DNA of 64,000 nucleotides from Macrostomum lignano (lineage: Eukaryota). This document shows, piece by piece, positions 62,462-64,000 of this stretch. The stretch covers positions 114,621 through 178,620 of the forward strand of contig NIVC01000969.1 of NCBI GenBank assembly GCA_002269645.1, read 5' to 3'. The notes below the pieces were generated by a model, which worked only from the letters and a program-made list of their open reading frames with translations, had not been told where the DNA came from and made no database searches. A program made the position numbers and the translations under genes. Each line of letters starts with the position of its first letter. The stretch's first letter is position 1.

Positions 62462-62552
62462 TAGAACTTGGTGGCAACCTATAGTCCTGAGCTGCAGTCT
62501 ATATTACTCGTAGAACTTGGTTGCAACCTATAGTCCTGAGCTGCAGTCTATA
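62462..62552. repeat. 42-bp direct duplication upstream of INCENP
   Basis: tagaacttggt(g/t)gcaacctatagtcctgagctgcagtctata twice, 7-bp spacer. Confidence 0.85.
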
Positions 62553-64000
62553 AGTACCAAATAAATGCATCCTAGAAAAAGCTGGCTTTCTTTCTTTGCC
62601 ATAGATGCTTGAAGCTTTATGCATCAATGTATCAAGCAATTTAAAAAATTACTATTTGCAAAACTAAGCCTTGACCACAAAGCATATTTTAGGTATTTTA
62701 GATATTTTAGGTACCTAACCATGCATATATAACTGCTAGCCAACCTGGCAAATCCAGCATTGTAAATAAAAGCTGACAGAGAAAAAAATGCAAAATTGAT
62801 GAATTTTTAGTCCCTATTGGAATAAATATTGAAAATCTATAGACACATTTTAGAATCATATATAAGTGATTTTATTTCACTTAAGCATTGTATGAAAAAA
62901 ATTCCATAGAACTATACCTGTTTTACCTGCAATTAAAAGCTATCAATCAATATAAATATATACTACGAGCGTATCAATAAAGCAACATTGCATTTGCACA
63001 AAATCAAGGCCTATAGATAAGTAAAAGTAGAAATCTAAATTTATTATAACCACTTTCAATCAAAAAAGTTGATAAAATTATCTTTTCACTTTTTAGGCAA
63101 TAACAAAAAGCATGGACATCTTGTTATCAGGCAAAGATCTAGAAAACTTTTGAGGGTGGGGGCAAGCTATACTAGGCACTACAACCCAATATTAGAAAAT
63201 AGACTTAGCATAGTTGCAGGCAAAAAAAGTATGCCCAACATTTTTCTGGCTGCAGCTAAGGAACAGTAATATCAATAATATGATATTCTACTGGTGATAG
63301 CATAGCATATAATATCAAAGAATTCGACATTTTTTGTTTCTTGGTATTTGAAATGTTTCATAAAAGTTAGACAAATTAATTTCTAGAAATCAAAGAGTAC
63401 TACTTTATTTGAGTTTAATAAATAGATTCTGAAAAAATAATATGCTGAATTCTTAGAAATATAATAACTTTTGTAATAAATGCCCTAGGCTAGCCCCCCT
63501 AAAAAATTTTGTCACAATAAGTATTACAATAAGGCCTTTAACTAAATAGCAATATTAGAATAATAATATTTTTATATATTTAAGTATTATTCTTATCATT
63601 ATGAAAATGTTAACCAATAGAACTAATTTAACACCTTTCTTGACTATGGAGCCTATGGCATTTAGCTTTATCATTATAATTATAATTAATTATTCCTTCT
63701 ATTTTTGCTTAGGTTTCTTTCATAGATAAGTCACATTTTTGAGCAAAAGTTAGTCCCAAAGCTAGACTAAATCATAGGAAAGGCTTGCACATATAAATGA
63801 CCTACATAACTTTTGCTGACACATTTTTAGACAATCTTCTGACATTTTTCTATGCTATTTAAATGACCTATATAACTTTGCTAACATATTTTCAGATATA
63901 TTTTGATACTTTTTTACAACACATGTCATAATGAACTTGTTTCACTAACCTATTGCTAAAACTAAATAACATGTTGCAAAAGTGTTAGAAATATGTCTAA

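Overview
Eukaryotic (metazoan) genomic DNA: GC-rich spliced exons in AT-rich spacers, with a different tandem array in most long introns and spacers. The style resembles a free-living flatworm such as Macrostomum (inference, not provable here). Six protein-coding genes can be reconstructed: a 3-exon ankyrin-repeat/SOCS-box (ASB-like) gene (-, 299-6183); an 8-exon FAM184-family coiled-coil gene (+, 8995-16606); a DEG/ENaC-family channel (+, large exon 28981-30836 plus two phase-compatible upstream exons); a TEX52-like gene (+, 33353-34950); a single-exon rhodopsin-class peptide-type GPCR (+, 49910-51163); and an INCENP homologue (-, 59727-62320) with three frame discontinuities. There are about 14 tandem arrays (largest a 7.4 kb 26-bp satellite), two tRNA-derived SINE families (one CORE-like), a hAT-type MITE with perfect TIRs/TSD nested in a second TIR element, and decayed Ty3/Gypsy pol fragments. 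No CRISPR, rRNA or intact tRNA gene was found. The most unusual observations: an INCENP intron made of ten tandem copies of its own 5' splice site, six RFX X-box-like motifs in the TEX52-like intron, a minisatellite born inside a SINE, and a channel with altered HG/GAS pore motifs. All analysis was by eye; no searches were run.
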